From positions 3,151 through 67,150 of the forward strand of contig JADFCZ010000013.1 of NCBI GenBank assembly GCA_018263295.1: a DNA stretch of 64,000 bases, written 5' to 3'. This document shows positions 49,705 to 58,394 of this stretch, one piece after another. The stretch is from Conexibacter sp. (GTDB lineage: Bacteria > Actinomycetota > Thermoleophilia > Solirubrobacterales > 70-9). The translations under genes and the position numbers were made by a program. How positions within the stretch are numbered: the stretch's first letter is position 1; each line of letters opens with the position of its first letter. The notes under the pieces were generated by a model. The model worked only from the letters and a program-made list of their open reading frames with translations, did no database searches and was not told where the DNA came from.

Positions 49705-51135
49705 GTGACCGCCTTCGAGGAGGTACATGTCGGGAGCATGGACCCGGAGCGGTTCCGCTCCGTCGTCGGAGAGCGATTCGACGAGATCGAGCTCGGCATG
49801 GAGACCGGGCGCCGGCTCTTCCAGGGCCGGTCGATCTGGCACATCAACTCGACTGCGCGCGGCGGCGGCGTCGCCGAGCTCCTGCAGTCGCTGCTCGCCT
49901 ACGTCCGCGGCGTCGGCCTCGACGCACGCTGGGGGGTGATCCAGGGGGAGCCCGAGTTCTTCGAGGTCACGAAGCGGATCCACAACATGCTCCACGGCGT
50001 CCCCGGCGACGGCGCCGGGCTCGGCGAGGCCGAGCGCGAGATCTACGAGCGGACCCTGGCGCCGGCGGCCGACGCGCTCGCGCAGATCGTCACCGGGCGC
50101 GACATCGTCTTCCTCCACGACCCGCAGACGGCCGGGATGATCGAGGCGCTCCTGCCGACCGGCGCCGTGATCGTCTGGCGCTGCCACGTCGGCCTCGACC
50201 ACGCCAACTCGCTCGCCCGGCAGGCCTGGGACTTCCTCCGCCCCTACATCGAGCGGGCCGACGCCTACGTCTTCTCGCGCCCGGACTTCATCTGGGAGGG
50301 GATCGACCGCGAGCGGGCGTTCATCGTCGCGCCCTCGATCGACGTCTTCTCGGCCAAGAACCAGGAGCTCGGGCCGGAGGTGGTCGAGACGATCGTCGGG
50401 CGGATCGGCCTCGGCGCCGTCGATCCCGGCGACGACGGCGAGTTCCTGCGGCACGACGGGAGCACCGGCCGGGTCGTCCGCCACGCCGAGATCTACCAGG
50501 ACGTCCCCCTTCCCGACGATGCCGCGGTCGTCACCCAGGTGTCGCGCTGGGACCGGCTCAAGGACCCGATCGGCGTGCTGAGGGGGTTCGTCGACCAGCT
50601 TGACGGCGGCAACCCCCACCTCGTCCTCGCCGGCCCGGCCACGTCGGCGGTCGCCGACGATCCCGAGGGCGCCGGCGTCCTCAAGGAACTGCTCGACGTG
50701 CGAAACCGGCTCAGCGCCGAGCAGCGCGCCCGGATCCACGTCGCGTGCCTGCCGATGGACGACGTCGAGGAGAACGCGGCGATGGTCAACGCGATCCAGC
50801 GACGCTCTCAGATCGTCGTCCAGAAGAGCCTGGCCGAGGGGTTCGGACTGACCGTCGGCGAGGCGATGTGGAAGGGCAAGCCGGTCGTCGCCAGCGCCCG
50901 CGGCGGCATCCAGGACCAGATCACCGACGGCGTCAGCGGCATCCTCCTCTCCGACCCCTCCGACCTAGCGGAGTACGGGGCCTCCGTCCGCCGCCTCCTC
51001 GACGACGAACCGCTCCGGATTCGGATGGGCATCGCCGCGCGACGGGAGGTCGAGGCCAACTTCCTCGGCTCCCGCCACCTGCTCGACTACCTGCAGATGC
51101 TGCGCGCGCTGCTCGAGCGGCGCGGGCCGTCCTAG
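49705..51135 (+). CDS. GT4 glycosyltransferase of the trehalose synthase (TreT)-like type
   Basis: Blocks INSTARGGGVAELL, VSRWDRLKDP and SLAEGFGLTVGEAMWKGKPVVA. The start is GTG 49705 or ATG 49738. Confidence 0.75.
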   Translation: MTAFEEVHVGSMDPERFRSVVGERFDEIELGMETGRRLFQGRSIWHINSTARGGGVAELLQSLLAYVRGVGLDARWGVIQGEPEFFEVTKRIHNMLHGVPGDGAGLGEAEREIYERTLAPAADALAQIVTGRDIVFLHDPQTAGMIEALLPTGAVIVWRCHVGLDHANSLARQAWDFLRPYIERADAYVFSRPDFIWEGIDRERAFIVAPSIDVFSAKNQELGPEVVETIVGRIGLGAVDPGDDGEFLRHDGSTGRVVRHAEIYQDVPLPDDAAVVTQVSRWDRLKDPIGVLRGFVDQLDGGNPHLVLAGPATSAVADDPEGAGVLKELLDVRNRLSAEQRARIHVACLPMDDVEENAAMVNAIQRRSQIVVQKSLAEGFGLTVGEAMWKGKPVVASARGGIQDQITDGVSGILLSDPSDLAEYGASVRRLLDDEPLRIRMGIAARREVEANFLGSRHLLDYLQMLRALLERRGPS

Positions 51136-51150
51136 GGGGCAGGCCCGCCG

Positions 51151-51531
51151 TCAGCCGGCGATGTCGACGCCGAGCCAGACGACGACGAGGGTGACCAGGA
51201 GGATCGCCCCCTGGAGCACGTGGGCGCGCGGATATCGCAGGTGGGCCAGGGTCAGGAGGATCAGCGCGCCGACGAGGGTCAGCTTCAGCCGCAGCGTGTC
51301 GGAGCCCCAGAGCGAGTAGTGGTCCGCCATCGCGATCCCGGTCGCGAGCAGGACCGCGAGCGCGATCGCCGAGCCGATCCCGAACCGCCGGGCGACGGCG
51401 CGCAACCGCTCCTTGTCGGGGTTCGTCCGCTCGACCGGAACAAGGGCGAGGCCGATCACGAGCTGGCCGCCGAGGAAGAAGGCCATCGCCAGCAGATGCA
51501 CGTAGAGCACCGCCTGCCAGGCGGTGCTCAT
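51151..51531 (-). CDS. Small 4-TM membrane protein (CopD-domain-like)
   Basis: 126 aa with four hydrophobic helices and an N-terminal HLLAMAFFLGGQL block like CopD/DUF2269-type proteins. Confidence 0.5.
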   Translation of the reverse strand: MSTAWQAVLYVHLLAMAFFLGGQLVIGLALVPVERTNPDKERLRAVARRFGIGSAIALAVLLATGIAMADHYSLWGSDTLRLKLTLVGALILLTLAHLRYPRAHVLQGAILLVTLVVVWLGVDIAG

Positions 51532-51598
51532 CTGGTGCTGTTCGGTTCGCGACTCGGCACGGGCGCCATCCTACGGCCGCCCGCGCCGGGCCGAGCGG

Positions 51599-52279
51599 CT
51601 ACTTGAGGAGCTCGATTTCCTCCCAGGTGGCTCCGCCGTCCTCGATCTCGAGCTCGGCCTCGTGGACCGCGGCTCCGGGGACCAGGTCGGCGACCGTGCA
51701 GAGCGACTCGTCGTCCTCGCCGTCGCCCGACTCGTCGTCGGCCGGGTCGTCGCTGTCCTCGCCCGCGGGGTCGTCGTCGCCGTGGGAGCGGGCGACGCGG
51801 TCGCCGCGGCCCTGGTCGGGCGTGCCGTCGTCATCGCCGCCGCGGCCGTCGCCGTCTTCGTCTCCGTGGTCGTCGCCGTCGTCGCACTTGATCTCGGTCG
51901 CGTCGGTCACGAGCCCGGTGACGGGCCCCGATCCGGCGACGCCGATCGTCAGCTCGCCGGTCTCGGCGTCGAACTCGGTGATCGTGCCCGAGCTCTCGTC
52001 TCCGTCGTCGATGCCGTCGCCGTCGGAGTCGGCGTCGCGCGGGTCCATCGCAGCCTTCCACTCGCGCCGGTTGACGAGGGCGTCGCGATCCTGGTCGCGC
52101 TTGGCCTGGTTCACCTTCAGCGAGAGGCCGTGGGCGCGCTCCCAGCGGTCGGGGATGCGGTCGTGGTTGCGGTCGGCGGCGGATGCGGCCGCGGGGGCGA
52201 TCAGTGCGAAGGCGAGCGCCGCAGCCCCCGCGAGCAGATGTCGAGCGCGGGGCAGGCGGTCGGGACGTGACTGGTTCAT
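51599..52279 (-). CDS. Secreted, extremely acidic protein with Asp-rich calcium-binding-like (DxDxDG) repeats
   Basis: Signal peptide LLAGAAALAFALIAPAAASA. DADSDGDGIDDGDE and DDGDDHGDEDGDG runs. GC3-rich frame. Confidence 0.6.
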   Translation of the reverse strand: MNQSRPDRLPRARHLLAGAAALAFALIAPAAASAADRNHDRIPDRWERAHGLSLKVNQAKRDQDRDALVNRREWKAAMDPRDADSDGDGIDDGDESSGTITEFDAETGELTIGVAGSGPVTGLVTDATEIKCDDGDDHGDEDGDGRGGDDDGTPDQGRGDRVARSHGDDDPAGEDSDDPADDESGDGEDDESLCTVADLVPGAAVHEAELEIEDGGATWEEIELLK

Positions 52280-52390
52280 CGGTCGTTCTCCTTGGGGTTC
52301 CTGAGGGGGGAGGGGATTGCTGGGAGAACTATCGGGAGCGCAGCCGAAATCCTGAATTGGACTTTGGTCCTAGGACCTCCGGCGCTCCCT

Positions 52391-53353
52391 ATGTTCCGGA
52401 ATATGCTGTCTGACGTCAGGGGTGACGGCGGTATGGCCATGGACATCAGCGGATCACCTCACCTCACCGCGGCACGCGAAGCCGAGCGTCCGACTCGCTG
52501 GTGGATCGCCATCCCGCTCGTGGTCGCGTTGTTCATCGCCGTCGGCGGCGCCGTCATCGAGCTCATCGGCGCGGCCTTCGGCACCCCCGAGGAGGGCAGC
52601 GCCGCCGAGCTCGTCGCCGAGGTGCCCGAGTTCGGCATCGCGCTCGTCGTCCTGCTCCTGTGGGTGCGGCTCCGGGACCGGCGACCGGCGTTGTCGATCG
52701 GCTTCCAGTGGCGCTCGACGCCGCTGCTCCACCTGGTCGGGGGCATCGCCGGCGGTGTGCTGCTCGTCTCCGCGCCGGCGCTGCTGCTGCGGATCAGCGG
52801 CGCCTACGACTCGGTCCCCGCGGGCGACGACGTGACCGTCGGCGCCGGGGCGCTGTTGATCGTGATCCCGCTGGTCCTCGCCGTTCTCGTCCAGGCCAGT
52901 ACCGAGGAGGCGATGTTCCGCGGCTACGTGCAGCAGCTGACCGGCACGCAGCTGGCCGGGTGGGCCGCGGTCCTGGCACCGTCGATCGGATTCGCGGCGG
53001 CGCACCTCGACTTCCACCCGCTCGTGATGGCGAACATCATCCTCGTCGCCATCCTCTTCTCGTTCCTCGCGCTCCGGATCGGGACGATCTGGCTCGTGTG
53101 CGGCATTCATTGCGGCTGGAACTGGGCCCAGGGCAACCTCTTCGGCATCCCGGTCAGCGGCAACCCCGTCGACGTCTCGATCCTGCGATTCGCGCCCGAC
53201 GCGAGCGGCGCCGACTGGCTGACCGGGGGCGAGTTCGGCATCGAGGGCAGCGCCGTAACGACGGTGGTGCTCGCGCTGGCCGCCTTCGCCGCCTACCGCT
53301 GGTTCACGGCCGGCGCACGGACAACGACCGCGGAGGAGCTCGCCGCCGCCTAG
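52391..53353 (+). CDS. CPBP family intramembrane glutamic endopeptidase (CAAX protease / Abi family)
   Basis: Motif 1 TEEAMFRGY, motif 2 FAAAH, and a third His region in multiple TMs. The start is uncertain (ATG 52391, 52403 or 52433; track start 52292). Confidence 0.8.
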   Translation: MFRNMLSDVRGDGGMAMDISGSPHLTAAREAERPTRWWIAIPLVVALFIAVGGAVIELIGAAFGTPEEGSAAELVAEVPEFGIALVVLLLWVRLRDRRPALSIGFQWRSTPLLHLVGGIAGGVLLVSAPALLLRISGAYDSVPAGDDVTVGAGALLIVIPLVLAVLVQASTEEAMFRGYVQQLTGTQLAGWAAVLAPSIGFAAAHLDFHPLVMANIILVAILFSFLALRIGTIWLVCGIHCGWNWAQGNLFGIPVSGNPVDVSILRFAPDASGADWLTGGEFGIEGSAVTTVVLALAAFAAYRWFTAGARTTTAEELAAA

Positions 53354-53367
53354 CGGGATGGCCGGGA

Positions 53368-53440
53368 TGGGCGGTACTGGTCTCGAACCAGTGACCTCCT
53401 GCTTGTAAGGCAGGCGCTCTCCCAACTGAGCTAACCGCCC
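53368..53440 (-). tRNA. tRNA-Val (anticodon TAC), 73 nt, no encoded CCA
   Basis: GGGCGGTTAGCTCAGTTGGGAGAGCGCCTGCCTTACAAGCAGGAGGTCACTGGTTCGAGACCAGTACCGCCCA. Acceptor stem GGGCGGT/ACCGCCC. Anticodon loop CTTACAA. Confidence 0.9.
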
Positions 53441-53541
53441 GGGCATCTCAGTATTCCGAATGGATGCTCGCCGGTGGTGCCGGTGCGCGCTAGGGTCGCG
53501 GCGAAGCGGCGGCGGGCCGGCAGGTGAGCGAGGAGGTCGAC

Positions 53542-53913
53542 ATGGGGTTCATGGACAAGATGAAGGACGCGATGGGGCAGGCGCAGGATGCGAGCAAGAA
53601 GATGGGCTCGACGATGAGCGCGGGGATGTCGCCGGCGACGGCGGGCTACGCGCAGCTCGCGAACAAGCTGGCGCAGTCGGGCGTTCCGTGCACCGCCGAG
53701 GTGGTCTCGGTGTCGGAGACGGGCAGGCAGGACATGAGCGGCAAGCAGTACTCGATCGCGGTCAGGGTCGAGGGAAACGGCGAGCCGTACGACGCCACGG
53801 TCGAGCAGTTCATCGTCGAGGAGATGGCGTCGTCGTACGCGCCGGGCACGCGCTGGCAGGCGAAGGCCGATCCCGACGACCGCTCGCGCCTCCTCCTCTA
53901 CGGACAGGCGTAG
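53542..53913 (+). CDS. Hypothetical protein (123 aa)
   Basis: ATG preceded by GAGGAGG at optimal spacing, with strong GC3 bias. I recognise no family. Confidence 0.6.
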   Translation: MGFMDKMKDAMGQAQDASKKMGSTMSAGMSPATAGYAQLANKLAQSGVPCTAEVVSVSETGRQDMSGKQYSIAVRVEGNGEPYDATVEQFIVEEMASSYAPGTRWQAKADPDDRSRLLLYGQA

Positions 53914-53918
53914 CGCAG

Positions 53919-54113
53919 GTGGCCGAGCCGGTCGAGAAGACCGAGGAGGACCGGGTCGCGAGCTGGGGCTGGGCGCTCGGGCTCGTCCTGCCGGTCGTCG
54001 GCCTGATGGCCACCGTGTTCCTCCTCAGCCGCGGCGACCGGCGCTGGCCGCTGATGCTCGGCTGGACCCTGCTCGGCGTCGTCGCCTACGTGATCGTCTT
54101 CCTGGTGCTCTGA
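53919..54113 (+). CDS. Small 2-TM membrane protein (64 aa)
   Basis: GTG 5 nt after the previous stop. Two clear hydrophobic helices (WGWALGLVLPVVGLMATVFLL and LMLGWTLLGVVAYVIVFLVL). Confidence 0.4.
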   Translation: MAEPVEKTEEDRVASWGWALGLVLPVVGLMATVFLLSRGDRRWPLMLGWTLLGVVAYVIVFLVL

Positions 54114-54115
54114 GG

Positions 54116-54868
54116 ATGGACCTCGGGATCGAAGGCAGGGTCGCGCTCGTCCTCGGGGCGAGCCGCGGGCTCGGGCGGGCGATCGCCGAGGCGCTCGGGC
54201 GCGAGGGCGTCCGGGTGGCGCTGGCGTCGCGCTCGGCGGAGGCGCTCGAGGAGGTGGCCGCCGGGATCGGGACCGAGACGGCGGTCGTGGCCGTCGACAC
54301 CGGCGACGAGGACGCGGTCGCGGCGCTGCCGGCCCGGGTCGAGGAGGCGCTCGGGCCAATCGACATCCTCATCCTCAATACCGGCGGCCCGCCGGCGGGA
54401 GGGGCGCTCGACGCCGATGCCAATGCGTGGCGGGACGCCTACCAGTCGCTCGTGCTTGCTCCCCTTGCTCTCGCGCGGGCGTGCGTACCGGGAATGCGCG
54501 AGCGCGGCTGGGGCCGGATCATCAGCGTCTCGTCCACCTCGGTCCGCGAGCCGATCCCCGGCCTGGCCCTGTCGAACGCCAACCGGATGGCGACGGTCGG
54601 CCTGCTCAACACCCTCGCTCGCGAGGTGGCGGCGGACGGGGTGACGGTGAACACCGTCGCGACCGGGCGGTTCGCCACCGAGCGGCTCGCTGAGCTTTAC
54701 GGGTCGTTCGAAGATGCCGAGGAGCAGGCGCGGGCCGAAGTGCCGGCGGGACGGCTCGGCCGGCCGGAGGAGTACGGCGATCTGGTCGCGTTCGTCTGCT
54801 CGGACCGCGCCGCCTATCTGACCGGCACCGTGATCCCGCTCGACGGCGGCATCACCCGCTCGAGCTGA
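54116..54868 (+). CDS. SDR family oxidoreductase (3-oxoacyl-ACP reductase-like)
   Basis: Glycine-rich motif LVLGASRGLGRA, NTGG, and Ser...N..R in place of the classical YxxxK region. 250 aa. Confidence 0.8.
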   Translation: MDLGIEGRVALVLGASRGLGRAIAEALGREGVRVALASRSAEALEEVAAGIGTETAVVAVDTGDEDAVAALPARVEEALGPIDILILNTGGPPAGGALDADANAWRDAYQSLVLAPLALARACVPGMRERGWGRIISVSSTSVREPIPGLALSNANRMATVGLLNTLAREVAADGVTVNTVATGRFATERLAELYGSFEDAEEQARAEVPAGRLGRPEEYGDLVAFVCSDRAAYLTGTVIPLDGGITRSS

Positions 54869-54877
54869 GCCGCAGGC

Positions 54878-55648
54878 TCAGGCGAATCGGGGCGGCGTCG
54901 GTGCGCGGAGCTGTCCCCGTGCGGCCACGATCGCGATCCAGGCGCCGCCGAACAGGATCATCGCGACGCTGAGGAGCTGGGCCTGGGTGAGGCCGAGCGC
55001 GACGTCGCCGTTGCGGCGGACGAACTCGACCATGAACCGTTCGAAGCCGGCGACCATCAGGTAGAGGGCGAAGAGGATGCCGGGCCGGAAGCGGTCGCGG
55101 AGCCGCCAGAGCACGAGCGCGGCCAGGCCCATGAACAGGGTCTCGTAGATGGGGGTCGGGTGGACCGGCGTGTCGGTCGGCACCGTGGCGTCGGGATACG
55201 CCATCGCCCACGGGCCGTCCCAGGCGCGGCCGTAGTCGCCGTCGCCGGAGAGCTGGCAGCCGACGCGGCCGATCGCGTAGCCGATCGTCAGCGGCACCGC
55301 CGCGACATCGGCGAGCAACAGGGTCATGATCCCGCGCCATCGGGCCCAGCCGAGGACCGCGAGCGCCCCGCCGATCGCGCCGCCGTACCAGACGAGCCCG
55401 GAGCCGCTGAACAGGTTGCCCAACAGATCGTCGCTGACGTCGTCCCAGTTCTCGATCACGAAGTAGACCCGCGAGCCGACCAGGCCGCCGATCAGCGCCG
55501 CGAACGCCATCTCGTAGGCCCAGTCCGCCGGTTTGCCGAGCTCCTTGAACCGGCGCCCGACGACGAGCCCGGCGGCGATGAACCCGAGCCCGAACATCAG
55601 CCCGAAGGTCTGCAGGGTCAACGGGCCGATGTTGATCTCTGGGTACAT
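54878..55648 (-). CDS. lgt: Prolipoprotein diacylglyceryl transferase
   Basis: Blocks YG.....G, GR.GC...GD.YG and HPTPIYE. 256 aa polytopic membrane protein. Confidence 0.9.
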   Translation of the reverse strand: MYPEINIGPLTLQTFGLMFGLGFIAAGLVVGRRFKELGKPADWAYEMAFAALIGGLVGSRVYFVIENWDDVSDDLLGNLFSGSGLVWYGGAIGGALAVLGWARWRGIMTLLLADVAAVPLTIGYAIGRVGCQLSGDGDYGRAWDGPWAMAYPDATVPTDTPVHPTPIYETLFMGLAALVLWRLRDRFRPGILFALYLMVAGFERFMVEFVRRNGDVALGLTQAQLLSVAMILFGGAWIAIVAARGQLRAPTPPRFA

Positions 55649-55655
55649 GCGCGGA

Positions 55656-55727
55656 TAGCCCCGGGGAGAATCGAACTCCCGTTACCAGGATGAAAACCTG
55701 GCGTCCTAACCACTAGACGACGGGGCC
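55656..55727 (-). tRNA. tRNA-Glu (anticodon TTC), 72 nt, no encoded CCA
   Basis: GGCCCCGTCGTCTAGTGGTTAGGACGCCAGGTTTTCATCCTGGTAACGGGAGTTCGATTCTCCCCGGGGCTA. Anticodon loop TTTTCAT. Short D-loop, typical of tRNA-Glu. Confidence 0.9.
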
Positions 55728-55799
55728 TCGTGAGTGGCGCAGTCTAGGTGGTCCCATCCACCCCGGTTCCGTCCGGTTCCGCCGCCATCATACGAACAT

Positions 55800-56540
55800 A
55801 TGTTCGCTGGCCAACCCAAGCGTCCCTACTTAGCGGAAGAGCACGCTCAGGCTCGCCAGCTTCGCTCCCTCGGCGCCCCGATCGGAATGATCGCCCAGCA
55901 CCTCGGCGTCTCGAAATCGACGGTCAGCATCTGGGTCAGGGACATCGAACTGCTGCCTCGGCAGAAGAAGCGGAATCTGCAGCGAGCGCGCGTCGTCCGC
56001 AGCACCGCATGGAGCGAGAAACATCGCCGGCTCCGCGTCCAATGGCAACTCGAGGGCCGGGAGCGCGCGCGCCGGGGTGAGACTCTCCACCAAGCCGGCT
56101 GCATGCTCTACTGGGCCGAGGGGGCCAAGGGGCGGAACTCAGTCCGGTTCGTGAACTCCGACGGCCCGATGGTCGCGTTCTTCGCCGGCTTCCTGCGCGA
56201 GTGCTTCGAGGTGGGCCCCGATGACTTCACCTTTCACCTGAACGCGTACACCACACAGACGCGTTCGATCGACGAGATCGAGGCGTATTGGCTGGCGCTG
56301 CTGGGGCTGAATCCGGAATCCGCTCGCAAACACACCGTCAATCACTTCCCGACATCGAGCAGTGGTAGGAAGGTCGACAAGCTTCCATTCGGGGTCTGCA
56401 TGCTTCGGGTCAAGCGCAGTACCCGGATCCTGCAACACATCTACGGAGCCATCCAGGAGTACTCGGGGATCGATCGACCCGAGTGGCTGGATGGGCCGCC
56501 GCGAAAGCGGAAGGCGGATCCGGAGGCCGACGCCGCTTAG
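55800..56540 (+). CDS. Lower-GC orphan gene: N-terminal HTH domain fused to a single LAGLIDADG-like homing-endonuclease-type domain
   Basis: HTH IGMIAQHLGVSKSTVSIWVRDI. Then CMLYWAEGAKGRNSVRFVNSDGPMVAFFAGFLRECFEV...FTFHLN...FGVCMLRVKRSTRILQHI. This parallels the LAGLIDADG helix, beta-sheet and helix layout (compare GLYVAEGDK...RLRIWNKN...IVSRWLNNLGV in I-DmoI). Codon usage differs from the neighbours. Confidence 0.55.
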   Translation: MFAGQPKRPYLAEEHAQARQLRSLGAPIGMIAQHLGVSKSTVSIWVRDIELLPRQKKRNLQRARVVRSTAWSEKHRRLRVQWQLEGRERARRGETLHQAGCMLYWAEGAKGRNSVRFVNSDGPMVAFFAGFLRECFEVGPDDFTFHLNAYTTQTRSIDEIEAYWLALLGLNPESARKHTVNHFPTSSSGRKVDKLPFGVCMLRVKRSTRILQHIYGAIQEYSGIDRPEWLDGPPRKRKADPEADAA

Positions 56541-57415
56541 TCCACGAGCAGCTCGAGCAGTGCCTTCTGCACGTGGAGGCGGTTCTCGGCCTGGTCGAAC
56601 ACGGCCGAACGGGGGCCGTAGAGGACGTCGGCGGTGATCTCCTCGCCGGGGTGGGCAGGCAGGCAGTGGAGGACGATCGCGCGGTCGGAGGCCTTCGCGA
56701 GGAGGGCCTCGTCGACGCGGTAGGGCGCGAGCGCCTCGCGCTTGGCGGCGGCCTCGGGCTCGCCCATGCTGATCCAGACGTCGGTGTAGATGGCGTCGGC
56801 GCCGGCGACGGCCTCGGCGGGGTCGGAGATCAGCTCGGCGCCGGCGCCGGCGTCGAGCTCGAGCCCGGGCGGTGAGCTGACGACGATCTGCGCTCCGGCC
56901 TGCGAGCCGAGCAGGGCGAGGGAACGGGCGACGTTGTTGCCGTCGCCGACGAAGGCGACCCGGAGCCCCTCGAGCGAGCCGAACCGCTCGCGCAGCGTCT
57001 GCAGGTCGGCGAGCGTCTGGCAGGGGTGGTGCTCGGGAGTGAGGGCATTGACGACCGGCACCTCCGCCTCGGCGGCGAGCTCGGCGACGCGCTCGTGGGA
57101 GCCGCTGCGGATCACGATCGCGTGCAGGTACCGGGAGAGGACGCGGCCGACGTCGCCGATCGACTCGCCCCGGCTGAGCTGGAGCTCGTCGCCGCGGAGG
57201 ACGATCGGCGTCCCCCCCATCTCGGCGACCCCGACCTCGAAGGAGACCCGCGTCCGCGTCGACGGCTGCTCGAAGATCAGCGCGATCGAACGGCCCGCGA
57301 GAGCGTCGGATGCGGCCCACGGCCGCCCCTCCTTGAGCTCGGCGGCGCGGACGAGCAGCGGCTCCAGTTCGTCGCCGAGTTCGCCGCCGGTGATGAAGTC
57401 GCTGACCCCGGTCAT
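56537..57415 (-). CDS. argF: Ornithine carbamoyltransferase
   Basis: Motifs STRTR, HPCQ, DGNNV and HCLP are all present. ATG at 57415; the rest of the 484-aa track ORF is spurious. Confidence 0.9.
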   Translation of the reverse strand: MTGVSDFITGGELGDELEPLLVRAAELKEGRPWAASDALAGRSIALIFEQPSTRTRVSFEVGVAEMGGTPIVLRGDELQLSRGESIGDVGRVLSRYLHAIVIRSGSHERVAELAAEAEVPVVNALTPEHHPCQTLADLQTLRERFGSLEGLRVAFVGDGNNVARSLALLGSQAGAQIVVSSPPGLELDAGAGAELISDPAEAVAGADAIYTDVWISMGEPEAAAKREALAPYRVDEALLAKASDRAIVLHCLPAHPGEEITADVLYGPRSAVFDQAENRLHVQKALLELLVD

Positions 57416-57511
57416 GGAGGCGCGGCACCTTACCGGGGGGCGGGGTCCCGTGGGCTCCGAAAGCGTCCGGTGGCCGCCGGCTGCCGCCGCGCCCATTCGG
57501 ATAATCGCCGC

Positions 57512-58366
57512 ATGGTGGTCCGCGCCCTGAGCTGGAACCTGTTTCACGGCCGCGACCATCCTCCCGAGCCGGAGCTCCTCACCTGGCGCTCGCGGCTGCT
57601 GGGAAGGACTGAGCGCGGCGCTTCCCATGCCCAGGTGAACACCGACCTCGCGGCGCAGTTCGAGGCCGTTCTCGCCGACGCCGAGTGGGACGTCGCCCTG
57701 CTGCAGGAGTGCCCGCCGCGGTGGGCCGAGCGCCTCGCGGTGTCCTGCCGGGCCGCCCCCCACCTCGCCCTGACCAGCCGCAACATCTTCGGCGCCGCCC
57801 GCGCCCAGGCGGCGCTCGCCGACCGCAACCCCGATCTGATCGCCTCCTGGGAGGGCGGCTCGAACCTGACTCTCGTCCGGCTCGCCGGGCCGATCGCCGA
57901 GCGCCGTCACCTCCGCCTGGCGACGCGGCCGGAGCGACGGGTGATGGCCTTCTCCCGGCTTCCCTCCGGCATCTGCGTCGCCAACCTCCACGCCAGCGCC
58001 GAGCGCGAGCGGGCAGAGCGGGAGCTGATCGCCGCCGCTCGCGTCGCCAGCGAGTGGGCGGGCCCGACCCCGCTGCTACTCGGCGGCGACTTCAACCTGC
58101 GCCCGGCGCTGAGCGGGCACGTCTTCGACCGGCTCGAGTCCGAGTTCGGGCTACGGGCGCCGACCGGCGAGCGGGTCATCGACCACCTGCTCGTCGCCGG
58201 GCTCGAGATCGCCGAGCCGGCCCGCCAGTGGCCGCCCGAGCAGCGGGAGGTGCCGGATCCGACGGCGGCCCCCGACGGCGGCCCGGCCCTCCCGGTCCGC
58301 CTCTCCGATCATGCGCCGGTCGCCGCCCGCTTCGCAACGCCCGCGGTGCAATCGGCCGCCCAGTAG
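57512..58366 (+). CDS. Endonuclease/exonuclease/phosphatase (EEP) family protein
   Basis: Blocks SWNLFHG, LLQE, LGGDFN and a C-terminal SDHAPV. Confidence 0.8.
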   Translation: MVVRALSWNLFHGRDHPPEPELLTWRSRLLGRTERGASHAQVNTDLAAQFEAVLADAEWDVALLQECPPRWAERLAVSCRAAPHLALTSRNIFGAARAQAALADRNPDLIASWEGGSNLTLVRLAGPIAERRHLRLATRPERRVMAFSRLPSGICVANLHASAERERAERELIAAARVASEWAGPTPLLLGGDFNLRPALSGHVFDRLESEFGLRAPTGERVIDHLLVAGLEIAEPARQWPPEQREVPDPTAAPDGGPALPVRLSDHAPVAARFATPAVQSAAQ

Positions 58367-58394
58367 CCGGTCCGGAAGCGGCAGCCGGCCCGCG

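Noticed and set aside
57416-57511. ArgR (ARG box) operator in the argF / EEP divergent spacer
   Set aside because: CATTCGGATAATCG has only a vague resemblance to ARG-box half-sites and there is no tandem pair of 18-bp palindromes.
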